Source of the DNA: a virus
Taxonomy: Duplodnaviria > Caudoviricetes
Reading direction: 5' to 3' (one strand)
Virus record (IMG/VR): IMGVR_UViG_3300023223_000319
Location: 1 to 54,040 of that record
Length of the DNA stretch: 54,040 bases
Below the pieces are notes generated by a model, which was not told the DNA's origin, did no database searches, and saw only the letters and a list, made by a program, of their open reading frames with translations. Shown one piece after another: positions 25,764-36,536 of this stretch. The translations under genes were made by a program, and so were the position numbers. Each line of letters opens with the position of its first letter. Position 1 is the stretch's first letter.

Positions 25764-27324
25764 GAAGAGTGATTTCACGGCATTAACGGCCATTGCTGAT
25801 GCAGCTACATTAGACTTCGTTATTGATGGACAAAACTTCAAGATTGCCAAGTCTGACTTTCTCGCCGCTCTAGGCGTTACAGGCACGATTAATCAGGCAG
25901 GCGACCCAGCCGGAACACCGGTATTAGATGGTAGCGGCACTGACTTCCTTATTCGCAATTTAGAAGATGGAGCCGGCGTTAGAGCGTCCGTTAGCCCTCA
26001 GAACGGTATCACCTTAGATCACAACTTCACGCAGGCTACAACAGGCGTGGCGGTGCTGGGCGATCCCTTGGCTACCAGCCCTATAATCAGAAGTATCGCG
26101 GCAGCCACAGGCGCAACAGTTGAGCTTGTTGGCGACGCCATAGTAATAGGGCTGGGTGCGGGCCAGGCAATTCCTGCTGATATCGTGTTCGTTCAGAGTG
26201 AGACCGATTTCCCAGTGCCTGTTGGAGGAATATCGACTCTTGAAGAGAAGACTTATCTTTTAGCTAAATCTGGGGATATACCTGTTTCTTTTCGCCTTAA
26301 ATATGCTTTTGGTCGAACGGTAATTACCGGCTTAGGCCAGCTTGTCTCCACGCTACAATTAACCGCTACAAGCTCATTGGCCAATATCATTAATGATGCC
26401 GGTATTTCAATGAACATTACGGATGCATTTATTGAAAGCCCTAATGCTCCAATGTTCGGAGGTGTCGGCGGAGCAAATGCAATATTCACTCTCAGCAATT
26501 GTGTTGTAGATAATTGTGCTGATTTAGGACAGATAGATGGCTTTGTTCGAACAGCCATAAATAATGGGACATTAATAGGATTTAATGTAACAGGTGGCTT
26601 GAAGATTCTAGGAACCAGCCCGACCGTTCTCATTCAAGATGTCCAGTCTGCTGCTAATAATGCAACGCCCACATTTATTATGGATGATGCTGGACTGAGT
26701 ATTAACGATCTGAACATTGCCAATGTCACGGCGTCTTTACTGACCGGATCAAACCAATTTGCGGAAATAGACCCCACTAAGATTACCGGTGGATTAGTGG
26801 CAGACTCCAGCTTCTCAACTGCTTCTGGAGCCCTTGGAGCTGCGATAGATAATGCAACGCCCAATATTATTGTTGACCGGGTAAGAGGCATTCAAGACAC
26901 TCGCAAGCTAGGCTCCGCATCTAGAGCGCCAGGGCTTGTCACTATTGTCACGCAGTCTGTTCCGGTTGAAATAGGCGGATCATGGTTGGGTGCAAATCTT
27001 AGCCAGTTTTCTGCATTAAATCCCGGGATAGAATATGACGGCGCATCCGGCGGTGATATTTTTAAAATATCCGCCACTGTGTCAGGGAGCAAGGCAGGCG
27101 CTACTGGAAGTGATATTTATACGTGCGCCATATACATCAATGACGTATTGGTCGCAGACTCTTTATCTATATCTGAAATAAGCGATAAGGGGGGCTCGTT
27201 TTTCATGGACACCTTTACGACTTTGGATAACCTTGACCATATAACACTTTATCTTTCAAACGAAGACTCTACAGAGAATTTCAATTTAACCGAAGCTAAA
27301 ATATCAGTTAATAGGGTGAACTAA
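25753..27324 (+). CDS. Virion fibre/spike-like protein
   Basis: 523 aa, beta-helix-like composition, between the gp4- and gp10-like genes. Confidence 0.55.
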   Translation: MGVKKSDFTALTAIADAATLDFVIDGQNFKIAKSDFLAALGVTGTINQAGDPAGTPVLDGSGTDFLIRNLEDGAGVRASVSPQNGITLDHNFTQATTGVAVLGDPLATSPIIRSIAAATGATVELVGDAIVIGLGAGQAIPADIVFVQSETDFPVPVGGISTLEEKTYLLAKSGDIPVSFRLKYAFGRTVITGLGQLVSTLQLTATSSLANIINDAGISMNITDAFIESPNAPMFGGVGGANAIFTLSNCVVDNCADLGQIDGFVRTAINNGTLIGFNVTGGLKILGTSPTVLIQDVQSAANNATPTFIMDDAGLSINDLNIANVTASLLTGSNQFAEIDPTKITGGLVADSSFSTASGALGAAIDNATPNIIVDRVRGIQDTRKLGSASRAPGLVTIVTQSVPVEIGGSWLGANLSQFSALNPGIEYDGASGGDIFKISATVSGSKAGATGSDIYTCAIYINDVLVADSLSISEISDKGGSFFMDTFTTLDNLDHITLYLSNEDSTENFNLTEAKISVNRVN

Positions 27325-27482
27325 TGGCAGGGCTTACTGCGGAACAAAAACTAGAGGCTAAAGCAATTAGAAAGATTGCGCTGGCACCTCAACAATTGAT
27401 TGATCACAAAGCAAAAATTGATGAGATCAATGTGGAGAGGGCTATTATGGGCCTGCGTCTTATAGGCGCTCAAAGTGCCTGA
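27324..27482 (+). CDS. Small hypothetical protein (52 aa, not in ORF track)
   Basis: TAATG coupling; MAGLTAEQKLEAKAIRKIAL... Confidence 0.55.
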   Translation: MAGLTAEQKLEAKAIRKIALAPQQLIDHKAKIDEINVERAIMGLRLIGAQSA

Positions 27483-28920
27483 TAACACACCACTGCCAAT
27501 TGCTAACGGATTCTACCTGAGTGATTCTCAGCCGGTGTCCGCGCAACAGTGTATCAATTGGTATCCGAATATAGTTCAAGCTCCTGCATTGGCGCAAGAG
27601 ACGCTATTTGGTACTGCGGGCATTACTCAAGCTACGACAACGGGTGTAATTGCTCAGCAGAATCGCGGCTCTGAGAAGATGGCCGGAATTCCTTACTTCG
27701 TAAATGGGGATACTTTATACCGCCTGAATAGTGATGAGACCACTAATGCATTAGGGACAATCACTGGTACTGGCCGGGTATCTATGGCTACTAATGGCAC
27801 ACAATTATTTATAATGGTTCCTGGCGGTCTTGGCTCGGTATGGGTTGAGGATACGTCCACATTCACGCCTGACGTCAATGTTGTTGATGCTGATTTTACA
27901 GCCAATGGAAATCCTCAACACGTTGTATTTGTTGACGGTTATTTTCTATTCACCACGGACAGCAAGAAATTTATTATATCTGCCTTGAATAATGGCCTTT
28001 CTTATAATGCGCTCGATTTTGGTACTGCCGAGGCCGACCCTGACAATATCGTGGCTCCTGTTGTTCACAAGAATCAGGTATTTATTTTTGGATCGGAGAT
28101 TACAGAGGTATTCGAAAATCAGCCAGTAGGCTCTGGGTTTCCGTTTCAGCGTATATCTGGGTTTATATTGGAGAAGGGGTTATTTGCTCCGTTCTCAGTA
28201 GTTAAGGGTGACAGCACATTTAGATTTGTTGGCGGCGGTAAAGATGAATCGCCGGGTATTTATGAATTCCAGGGCAACAACTTTGCAAAGATATCGAACA
28301 CGGCCATAGATTCCATTTTACAAGATTTAACCCAGGCCGAAGTATCGGATATATTTGCCATGCATTATGGCCAAAACGGCCAATTCTTTACATCGTTTAC
28401 ATTACCTTTAGAGGTGTTTGAATATAACTCTATCTCAGGGCGGTGGCACCAAAGGCGCTCATTGATTAAGGGGGCTTTGGATGCGTGGCGCGCCGCCTCT
28501 ATTGTGACGGGATACGGCAAGGTTTATGTAGGTGACAGGCTTGATGGAAGGATAGGTATTTTAGATGAGGACGTATTTACAGAGTACGGAGATACTATAT
28601 TTCGGCTGGTCGATACGATGCCTTTCTCTAATAACGGTAATTCATTTAGGGTATCGAGTCTTGAGTTGACAGTCGAATCTGGAGTTGGAGATTTTACTAC
28701 CATTGATCCGAAAATGAGAATGTCGAGATCATTGGATAGCAAGAAGTTTACTGACGAAACGACTAGATCCATTGGCAAGATAGGTGAATTCAGCAATCGA
28801 TTGATATGGCGCAGACAGGGAAGGGCTAAGCGTTTTGAGATGTTCAGATTTATTATGACTGACCCTGTGAAGCCGGTAATAATTAAATTGCAAGCCAGAT
28901 TTGCGGGCGGCACACGATGA
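27475..28920 (+). CDS. Tail hub / packaged DNA stabilization protein (P22 gp10-like)
   Basis: CINWYP, TAEADPD, GKIGEF.NRLIWRR.G, TDPVK. Confidence 0.88.
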   Translation: MPDNTPLPIANGFYLSDSQPVSAQQCINWYPNIVQAPALAQETLFGTAGITQATTTGVIAQQNRGSEKMAGIPYFVNGDTLYRLNSDETTNALGTITGTGRVSMATNGTQLFIMVPGGLGSVWVEDTSTFTPDVNVVDADFTANGNPQHVVFVDGYFLFTTDSKKFIISALNNGLSYNALDFGTAEADPDNIVAPVVHKNQVFIFGSEITEVFENQPVGSGFPFQRISGFILEKGLFAPFSVVKGDSTFRFVGGGKDESPGIYEFQGNNFAKISNTAIDSILQDLTQAEVSDIFAMHYGQNGQFFTSFTLPLEVFEYNSISGRWHQRRSLIKGALDAWRAASIVTGYGKVYVGDRLDGRIGILDEDVFTEYGDTIFRLVDTMPFSNNGNSFRVSSLELTVESGVGDFTTIDPKMRMSRSLDSKKFTDETTRSIGKIGEFSNRLIWRRQGRAKRFEMFRFIMTDPVKPVIIKLQARFAGGTR

Positions 28921-29171
28921 ATATTCAGCCCCCAAGCCCTAGTGAGCCCGTTTTAGAAGATAACTTGACGATGGCGCAGAGGTTTAGGGCTTGGACGCAG
29001 TTAGTATCCAGGCTGGGCATTCTGGAGGGCTCTGGCAGTCCTGATGGCGTAATAAAGGCGCTGCCAACCAAGCAGTATATGGATACCGCAGGAGGGGCCG
29101 GTACTATCTTGTATATTAAGCAAGTTGCAGACATCGGCGGCGATAAAACTTTAGGGTGGGTATTAGTATAA
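28917..29171 (+). CDS. Small tail protein
   Basis: GSGSPDG...LYIK...GW motif, after gp10. Confidence 0.65.
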   Translation: MNIQPPSPSEPVLEDNLTMAQRFRAWTQLVSRLGILEGSGSPDGVIKALPTKQYMDTAGGAGTILYIKQVADIGGDKTLGWVLV

Positions 29172-29800
29172 TGGGATTTTTTTCTAAAGTTAAAGAAACG
29201 CTGCTTGGTGATGAGGGCGAAGGCCAAGCAGCAGTTCAGACAGCACAAAACAGGGCGTCTAGAGAGTTCTTTGCGCAGCAGGCAAGACAAGCAAGAGGTG
29301 ATATTTTACCTCTGTTTGAGGCTGGTGACGTAGCTAGGCAGGCAACTTCTCAGGCCGCTTTAGATGTTTTGGGCGGCGCATTGCCCTCTCAGTTAAGTGC
29401 ATTCCAACAGGGTAATGTTGGCGCTCAACAGGCGCTACTAGGTGGAGAATTTACACCTCAAGCAATTAACTTTGACACAAGATTTATTCCTTCCCAGCTA
29501 CCTCAATTTGCTTCAGCTGAAGAAATTCAACAGCAGAACTTAGCGCAAGCTCTGGGCGGTATTGATACGGATGTTGATTTGTTTCTAGCAGCATCACAGG
29601 GCGTGATTCCTGGATTCTCAGATAGAGACCAAAGATTCTTTGGCAGGCATGCTAGAGAGCTCGCCAGGAAAGGCGGAGGAACTGCTTTTATTGACGATCC
29701 GGGTAATAGAGACTTTTTAGGGCGAAGCGGCGGACTAAATCCAACAAGAGAGCTCAGAGTCGCAAATTTACTGGATAAATTCCAAGCCGGAAGGGGTTGA
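29171..29800 (+). CDS. DNA ejection protein (gp7-like)
   Basis: MGFFS start, A/Q-rich, position in the gene order. Confidence 0.55.
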   Translation: MGFFSKVKETLLGDEGEGQAAVQTAQNRASREFFAQQARQARGDILPLFEAGDVARQATSQAALDVLGGALPSQLSAFQQGNVGAQQALLGGEFTPQAINFDTRFIPSQLPQFASAEEIQQQNLAQALGGIDTDVDLFLAASQGVIPGFSDRDQRFFGRHARELARKGGGTAFIDDPGNRDFLGRSGGLNPTRELRVANLLDKFQAGRG

Positions 29801-29802
29801 AA

Positions 29803-30729
29803 ATGGCACCACAAGTAGGGTTAATAGGTTCTGAGCAGGCTTTAAGGGCTGGACTCGGTGGCGGAATAGATGCTCTAAATGCAGCCAATCAAGGTATTGA
29901 TATACAGGCTGCGCTGGCAGGTCTTCGTGGCGCTCCGGCACAGCAACAGGCATTCCAAGGATTTCAGGCGTCGCCAGGGCAGCAGTTTTTACAGCAAGAG
30001 GGTGAACAGGCCATATTACGCAACGCTTCTGCTTTGGGTGGTCTTGGCGGGGGTAATGTCCAGCGAGCCTTACAGGAGAGAGGCGTGGGTCTTGCAGCTC
30101 AAGACTTTGGCAATCAGTTTCAGCGCGGACAGCAGGTGATTGGCTCTCAACAGGCTTTAGCACCTACTGCGGCCAATCTTGCATTTGGAACAGGTCAGGC
30201 GTTGTCCAGTGGTCGATTACAAACAGGCTCAGCGCTGTCTAACTTGCTATCTCAGCAGGGGGCAGGCGCCTCTGATATTATTGGTGGAGGGGCAACGAAT
30301 ATAGCCAATCTATTACAGGGGTTTGGTGGCCAGCAAGCTGGATCAAATCAGCAGTTAGCACAATTGCTATCTAATCTAGCTATTCAGCAGGGTTCAGCCG
30401 CAGCTAACCAGCCTTCCGTCGCTCAGTTCCTTTCAAGCGGAGGACTGCTTGAGCCCCTTGCCCAGCTTGCATCAGGTGTAGGCGGGGCAGTGGCAGGTGC
30501 TAGTGCTTCCGACCGCAGACTAAAAAAGAACATCGTTAAAATAGGCTCTCATCCTAATGGTTTAAATATCTATAAATGGGACTGGAAGGATATAGCTAAA
30601 GTCGTTGATGGAATTAAAATGACTGTAGGATTTATGGCTGATGAGGTAGAGAAGATAATGCCAGAGGCTGTAATATTGGATAAGTCAGGATACCTGAAAG
30701 TTAATTATGGGATGGTGCTAAATGGCTAA
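29803..30729 (+). CDS. DNA ejection protein with C-terminal peptidase S74-like chaperone domain
   Basis: SPGQQFLQQEG...GGLGGGN ejection-type motif; SDRRLKKNI...GFMADEVE...PEAV...GYLKVNY. Confidence 0.75.
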   Translation: MAPQVGLIGSEQALRAGLGGGIDALNAANQGIDIQAALAGLRGAPAQQQAFQGFQASPGQQFLQQEGEQAILRNASALGGLGGGNVQRALQERGVGLAAQDFGNQFQRGQQVIGSQQALAPTAANLAFGTGQALSSGRLQTGSALSNLLSQQGAGASDIIGGGATNIANLLQGFGGQQAGSNQQLAQLLSNLAIQQGSAAANQPSVAQFLSSGGLLEPLAQLASGVGGAVAGASASDRRLKKNIVKIGSHPNGLNIYKWDWKDIAKVVDGIKMTVGFMADEVEKIMPEAVILDKSGYLKVNYGMVLNG

Positions 30730-31909
30730 CGGTACACTAGAAAGCATAGGATTGGCGCTACAAGGCTTTGGTGCCGGCGTTGGTGGTCAGTTGCCACAAT
30801 TCCAGGCGGGGCTTGCTCAGCGACAGCAGGCATCCACAAAGGCGGCACAGCTACAGGACCAGCAAATCAAACAAGCCAGGGCCTCCGATATAATCCAGGC
30901 TCGCGGGGCTTTGCAGCGCGGTGATGTGCAGGGAGCTTCTGACATATTTGGTAGCCGGGTTCAGTCGCTTGATGAATCGGGTATTGATTCAGCCAACTCA
31001 CTGGCTGCATTTAATGCAATTAGCGGCGCAAATACACCAGAACTTGTCGCTAATGTCATCTCTGAGTTTGATGATGACCTGCTTGATCTGGTTGCTGGCG
31101 GAACAATTGATGCAAGTCTTTTAAAGTCGCTAGGTATTGGGGGCGCCCGCGCTGGGCTGGCATCGGCAAAGACTGAAATATTGTCAGATGGCAGCGTAGT
31201 ACAGGCACTTCCCAGCGGGGAGGTTCAGGTTAGAAATCCACAAGGTCAAATTGTTACCGGGCAGGCTCGTCTTGATACTATCAGAAATGCCAGAGAGCAG
31301 GGGATAGCCATAAAACAGGAGGTGTCAGACATTGCGGTAACTGAGGCTCGAGGCAAGGCAGAGGCGACACAGAGAGCTAAGCGCGTATCTGATATAACAA
31401 CAGAGCTTTCGACTAGATCTCGGGAGGCAAAGCGAGCCGATATTAATCTAGCCCAAGCAGCCACATTAGTAGAGCGGGCCCAGCAAGGCGCAACAGGAGC
31501 TTCTAAGCTTAGGCTGGCCAAGCTATTTCCCGGTATTGATGTGAGTAATGAGGCCGCTTTATCGCAGTCTCTAACCAACTTGGCACTTGATCAGCTACAG
31601 AAGTTTAAGGGCCCGACAACCGACTTTGAGTTTGGCAAAACTGAGGAGATAGCCGGTACTTTGGGTGACTCCAAGACGGCAAACAGAGCTAAGGTCGCGT
31701 CATTGCAGCGCGCCAACTGGTTTACTCAGCGTGAATCACAGCAATTCAGGGAGCATATCAAGGCTGGCAAAAACCCTGATACCTTCGGTTTTGATTTTGG
31801 TGAGCAAATAAAGACGAAGAAAGGCAACTTCTCACTTCAAGACTTACAAGATACTGCGGTTAGCAATAACATCTCTATCAAAGAAACCATCAAAAGGCTC
31901 AATAAGTAA
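30722..31909 (+). CDS. DNA ejection protein (gp20-like)
   Basis: Helical A/Q-rich, position in the gene order. Confidence 0.6.
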   Translation: MANGTLESIGLALQGFGAGVGGQLPQFQAGLAQRQQASTKAAQLQDQQIKQARASDIIQARGALQRGDVQGASDIFGSRVQSLDESGIDSANSLAAFNAISGANTPELVANVISEFDDDLLDLVAGGTIDASLLKSLGIGGARAGLASAKTEILSDGSVVQALPSGEVQVRNPQGQIVTGQARLDTIRNAREQGIAIKQEVSDIAVTEARGKAEATQRAKRVSDITTELSTRSREAKRADINLAQAATLVERAQQGATGASKLRLAKLFPGIDVSNEAALSQSLTNLALDQLQKFKGPTTDFEFGKTEEIAGTLGDSKTANRAKVASLQRANWFTQRESQQFREHIKAGKNPDTFGFDFGEQIKTKKGNFSLQDLQDTAVSNNISIKETIKRLNK

Positions 31910-34026
31910 TGGCTATCATTGATTTGGGAAGCGGCGAAATAGATAGGGCAGAAGAGCCTCAAGCTGCTGGTCGTGTTATTGATCTTGATACGGGTGAGTT
32001 TGTTCAGCCTGTAGAGGCCGCCGCACCTGTGCTTGAGCAGCCGGCAGCCCCGCAAGAAACAGGGATTGCAGATATATTTACAGGCTCTGAGCGTATAGCG
32101 GCAACACCTGAGCTTGGCACACTTCCAGAGTTCGGCATTACAGAGGAGGGTGATGTGCCTCGTATTGCATTAGGTCTTTTATCAACTTTCGACCCGAAGG
32201 CACAGCAAGATATCATTCAGCAGGCTATACCTGAGGCTGTATTTGAAACCACGCCAGACGGCTCTACGATTATCGAGGTTCCTACCGAAGATGGAGGGAC
32301 ACGGCGATCAGTCCTTAATCGACCAGGATTTTCACCTCAAGATCTAACCACGGCAACCGCCCAGGTGTTGTCCTTTATTCCAGCGGCAAGACTTGTAGGG
32401 CTAGGTAAAACTCTACTCCAAAAAGTAGGGATTGGCGCAACCGCAGCTGGAGCCACAGAACAAACATTGCAAGAGACTGGCGTTGCATTAGGTAGGGAGG
32501 AAAGAGACCCAGTTAGCACGGCTATAGCCACAGTTACAGGCGGCGCGTCAGAGGTTGTCGTCCCCGCCGTCCAGGCATTCAGGGGCGCTAGACAGGCAGC
32601 TAGAGTGGGCGCAGCAGCGGATGAGATAGAGCAAGTAGCAGGGAGTGTAAGGGCTGCACAGGAGGCTGCTGAGCAAACAGGAATCCCATTATTTCAGGCA
32701 CAGCAAACCGGCGTACCTGCGCAGCTGGAAAAACAGGCCTTTGTGGCTCAATTGCCCGCCGGCACACGATCAGCAGTAGAGGGACTGAAAGTACAGAATA
32801 TAGCGGCCGGCGAGGCGGTAGAGGACTTTTTAGGGCAGATAGCGCCAGATCAAGCGGTCGTTACGGGCGCCGAGAGATTAAGGACGGCGGCACAGGGGGC
32901 AGTTGCTAAGCTAAAGAATATCAGGGCAGAAAAGGCATCACCAATATACAGAGAGGCTTTTAATGAGGCGAAGGAGGCTGGCACCTTAGTTGATATCAAG
33001 CCGGTAATTGATCAAATCAATACAGTATCCGCAAAATTCAGTGATAGTGGTACGGTTTTGCCAATATTGACTAAAGCCAAGAAAATAATCGGCGGAGCTA
33101 ACGTTGATAAGCCTATAAAAACTGTCGCCGAAGGTGTATCAAGAGATAAAAGGAACAATTTAAAGCGCATCCATAATGCAAAAATGGAGGTTGACGAGCT
33201 TATTGAGCAAATGAAAGGTAAGGGCAACTTAGGCCCCACCGCAGAAAGAGAGCTTATAGGTATACAAGAGGCTTTACTAAGGCAGATGGATGCTATCTCC
33301 GACAGATACGCAGAGGCTAGACAGGTTTTTGCTGATGCTTCTCCAGAAGTTGTAAAAATACAGAATTCTATTATCGGTAAAGTAGCTAATTTAGATGACA
33401 CTCAGTTAAAACAGGTATCCACTAAGCTGTTTGATGCGGCAGAAACCAACCCCAGTGTTATTGCTGGCGCGAAAAAGTCTATACAAGATGTTGATCCAGG
33501 CGCATGGGATGAGATTATTCGGGTTGAGCTAGAACGTCGATTGGGCTCAATTAAGTCTACCGCTGAAGCGGGAACTGTAGAAAATATACCCGGGCAGCTA
33601 TTTAGAGCACTATTCCCTAATGACAAAAGCACTAAGGTGTTAATGAATTCACTTGATGCTGAGGGTAAAAAGAATCTTAAATTCCTGCAAACAGCGTTAA
33701 GCAAAGCCCGACTAGGCAGGCCTGGCGGATCACAGACAGCGGCCAGGGAAGAGATTAAGCGAGAGCTTAGGGGTGGAGTATTCCAGTCTTTGAGGCAGTT
33801 TTTTAAAGCTCCTATTAGTACTTTAGTATCAACTGGCGAGGACGCGGCATTTAATCGTCGCACGGCGGCATTGTCTAAGGCTTTATTTGATCCAACATGG
33901 AAGGCAGAGATGAAGGCGCTTAGAAAGTTTAGCCCTAATTCTCCCGCAGCCGCCAGAGCGATGACACAGCTTTTAAATGATATCGAAGCTACAGAGCCTA
34001 ATAATGCTCAAGAAGAGAACAAATGA
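31909..34026 (+). CDS. Large DNA ejection protein (gp16-like)
   Basis: 705 aa; LNRPGFSPQD motif; last of the ejection genes. Confidence 0.65.
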   Translation: MAIIDLGSGEIDRAEEPQAAGRVIDLDTGEFVQPVEAAAPVLEQPAAPQETGIADIFTGSERIAATPELGTLPEFGITEEGDVPRIALGLLSTFDPKAQQDIIQQAIPEAVFETTPDGSTIIEVPTEDGGTRRSVLNRPGFSPQDLTTATAQVLSFIPAARLVGLGKTLLQKVGIGATAAGATEQTLQETGVALGREERDPVSTAIATVTGGASEVVVPAVQAFRGARQAARVGAAADEIEQVAGSVRAAQEAAEQTGIPLFQAQQTGVPAQLEKQAFVAQLPAGTRSAVEGLKVQNIAAGEAVEDFLGQIAPDQAVVTGAERLRTAAQGAVAKLKNIRAEKASPIYREAFNEAKEAGTLVDIKPVIDQINTVSAKFSDSGTVLPILTKAKKIIGGANVDKPIKTVAEGVSRDKRNNLKRIHNAKMEVDELIEQMKGKGNLGPTAERELIGIQEALLRQMDAISDRYAEARQVFADASPEVVKIQNSIIGKVANLDDTQLKQVSTKLFDAAETNPSVIAGAKKSIQDVDPGAWDEIIRVELERRLGSIKSTAEAGTVENIPGQLFRALFPNDKSTKVLMNSLDAEGKKNLKFLQTALSKARLGRPGGSQTAAREEIKRELRGGVFQSLRQFFKAPISTLVSTGEDAAFNRRTAALSKALFDPTWKAEMKALRKFSPNSPAAARAMTQLLNDIEATEPNNAQEENK

Positions 34027-34153
34027 TACCAATGGCGGCAGCAGCACCAAGAACGCCGAGGGCGGCATAGGGCGATATACAGAACAAAATAACGAGCAGC
34101 AATAATTCCATAGTTAATATTATTACACACAAGCAGAGACAAGAGGAGCCATA

Positions 34154-35359
34154 ATGTCACGCTTCGTAAATCCAGTGCCGCAATTTGGCGATTTAGCCCT
34201 AAATCCTCTTTCGAAAGGAAAGTTGTTTTTCTTTGAGAGTGGAACAAACGATGACAAAAAGACATTTGCTGATGTCAATGAGACTATTGAAAATACACAG
34301 CCGGTTCTTTTATTGGGAGATGGTCGAGTTCCTAATATTTTCTATAGCGGCTCTGCAAAGGTAACGCTGACAGATTCTGATGAAGCTCAAATCTGGTCCA
34401 AAGACCCCGTGACTACAGGTGGTGATTCTGGCGAATTCGCTGATCCCTGGGATGCAATAACAATCTACAATATAAATGGTGTTGTTGATCTTAATAGCGA
34501 TTTCTATGTATCCATTATCAACAATAATCAAAACAACAACCCGGCAACAACACCAGCAGCATGGACCCAATTTGACCTATTAAAAAGATGGAATACAAAC
34601 GAAACCTATGGGGTTGGCGATCCTGTAACGGCAACAGATAGCCTAGTATATATATCACTGATAAGCCCAAATACTGGTAACGACCCAATAACAAGCCCCG
34701 CTGAGTGGAATACAGTAACAGGCAAAATAAATGTTGTTACTTTTACTGTGGGGGGAACATATAACCCGCCTGATGGGGTTAAATCCTTAAAATTCACTCC
34801 TATAGGCGCGGGCGGCGGCGGGGGCGGCATCGATGGCCAGGGCGCTAGTACGGCTGCGGCAAGTGCTGGCGGTGGTGGTGGTGGTACGACTATTATAACA
34901 ACCTCTATAATTGACGCGAGTTACAGTGTAGTAATAGGCGCTGGTGGCGCTGGTGGCGCGTCAGGGAACAACTCCGGGGCAGAAGGGGGAAATACTACTG
35001 TTATTGGCGCCACTATATCGTTAACAGGCAACGGTGGCGCCGGCGGTGTTGGCGATATAGGCGTAGCCGGGGTGGGTACGTCGTTAGGCGCTGATGGAAG
35101 ACCTGGATCAGGTGGAGATCTCAACTTTCGTGGGAGTGACAGCTCCTCAGCTACAGTTATCTCTGGCGATGTAGCATCAAGCTCTCTTAGTGGCGCGTCC
35201 TCACTTGGCGGCTCTGTGAGGGCTACTAATGATGCAGATGGACGTATTTCTTCTACTCCTGGTGTCGGTGGCGGCGGTGTGTTCAGCAGCGGCGTAACAT
35301 CTAACCGGGGTGGTGGTGATGGGGCTGACGGCATAGTTATTATAGAGGAGTTCTTTTAA
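34154..35359 (+). CDS. Tail fibre/spike: head-binding-like N-terminus and Gly-rich C-terminal domain
   Basis: RFVNPVPQF...PLSKGKLFF...NTQPVLL.GDGR; GAGGGGG repeats ending GADGIVIIEE. Confidence 0.75.
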   Translation: MSRFVNPVPQFGDLALNPLSKGKLFFFESGTNDDKKTFADVNETIENTQPVLLLGDGRVPNIFYSGSAKVTLTDSDEAQIWSKDPVTTGGDSGEFADPWDAITIYNINGVVDLNSDFYVSIINNNQNNNPATTPAAWTQFDLLKRWNTNETYGVGDPVTATDSLVYISLISPNTGNDPITSPAEWNTVTGKINVVTFTVGGTYNPPDGVKSLKFTPIGAGGGGGGIDGQGASTAAASAGGGGGGTTIITTSIIDASYSVVIGAGGAGGASGNNSGAEGGNTTVIGATISLTGNGGAGGVGDIGVAGVGTSLGADGRPGSGGDLNFRGSDSSSATVISGDVASSSLSGASSLGGSVRATNDADGRISSTPGVGGGGVFSSGVTSNRGGGDGADGIVIIEEFF

Positions 35360-35775
35360 TGATCGGTCTTTATGTTGAAAGCGGTATTGTTATCAATTCC
35401 GCCAAATGGGATGTATTACCAAAAGGCTGGATAGAGGCTCCTGAGGGCGCAGGGATTGGCTGGAGCTATGCAGATGGTAACTTCACAAAGCCAGAACAAC
35501 CTGTATTGGTCGCTACTCAAACGGATTATATTGAGGCGGCTCAGCTGTTTATGGATCAAGAGGCCAGCAAGCTTGGCTATGATTCGATATTCACAGCGGT
35601 AGGCTATGCGTCATCATCTCACCCTACATTCGGCCCAGAAGGGATCGCCTTTAGGGACTGGAGGGATAACGTTTGGGATAAGTGTTTTGAGCTACTCTCT
35701 GTATGGGAAGGTGGTGGCGAGCAGCCGTCGATAAGCGATGTAATCGACTCGCTTCCTTTATTTATGGGTGTATAG
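35359..35775 (+). CDS. Tail fibre-associated protein
   Basis: GIGWSY.DG.F and GYDSIFTAV.YA...WRDNVW motifs. Confidence 0.6.
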   Translation: MIGLYVESGIVINSAKWDVLPKGWIEAPEGAGIGWSYADGNFTKPEQPVLVATQTDYIEAAQLFMDQEASKLGYDSIFTAVGYASSSHPTFGPEGIAFRDWRDNVWDKCFELLSVWEGGGEQPSISDVIDSLPLFMGV

Positions 35776-35783
35776 GTGATGAG

Positions 35784-36251
35784 ATGTTTAAATTTCTGTT
35801 AGATTTGTTCGGAGTCAAGGCTGCCAAGTCGCTATGGTCAGCCCTGCACCATAAAAGCGCTTTTCCTGTCTGGTGGATGATGGCGACAACGTGCGGAATG
35901 TTTCTTGTGTTCTCCCTGTTTTTCGTTGATATACCGACAAGAGACAAGTCAATTTTTGAAGAGTATTTACACGCCGAGCTAGAGGGATGGCGACTAGACG
36001 CAAACTCAACCAGATTACACCGACTAGTACCCGAGATGATTGGCTTGGCCGTAGACTGCAAAAAGCTTGAAAGCCAAATAGTTGATATGGAGATATTGAC
36101 GCTAAAGATTAAAACCATGACTGGAGCCAGTGCGGAAGATATTGCCAGGTCGGAGAGATTGCTTGCTGACCTTAAAAAAAAATTAGTAGCTGCAAATATA
36201 GCGAAGTACCAGAATTTGCAATTGTATGAGAAGACTTACGCTGTACGGTAA
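35784..36251 (+). CDS. Membrane-anchored coiled-coil protein
   Basis: One hydrophobic segment followed by a coiled coil; last rightward late gene. Confidence 0.5.
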   Translation: MFKFLLDLFGVKAAKSLWSALHHKSAFPVWWMMATTCGMFLVFSLFFVDIPTRDKSIFEEYLHAELEGWRLDANSTRLHRLVPEMIGLAVDCKKLESQIVDMEILTLKIKTMTGASAEDIARSERLLADLKKKLVAANIAKYQNLQLYEKTYAVR

Positions 36252-36317
36252 GGAAAGATCTGGCCGGCATATAATAGCAACCGGCTTCTAATAACAATAA
36301 TCATTATCCTCGATACT

Positions 36318-36338
36318 GGCCCCTTGTGGGCCCTTTTT
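36318..36338 (+). terminator. Terminator at the junction of convergent units
   Basis: GGCCC-CTTGT-GGGCC then CTTTTT. Confidence 0.6.
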
Positions 36339-36536
36339 AATACAGCCTCCCAAACTGACGCTTAACCTTCTCTTTCTCGTGCCATTTGTGAGCCTTCATA
36401 TAACACCCATACTGGCGTACCCACACATACCCTATGGATTGCTTAGAGTATATGGAGTTGTTGCATACCCAGCAGGTTATGCCTGTGTCCGTGGGATGGC
36501 CACCGCCAGGGTTGTTAATCATTGCACCATCCCTAT

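Noticed and set aside
34810-35330. GGC/GGT-rich low-complexity tracts as a DNA repeat element
   Set aside because: Explained by Gly-rich coding sequence in the tail protein.
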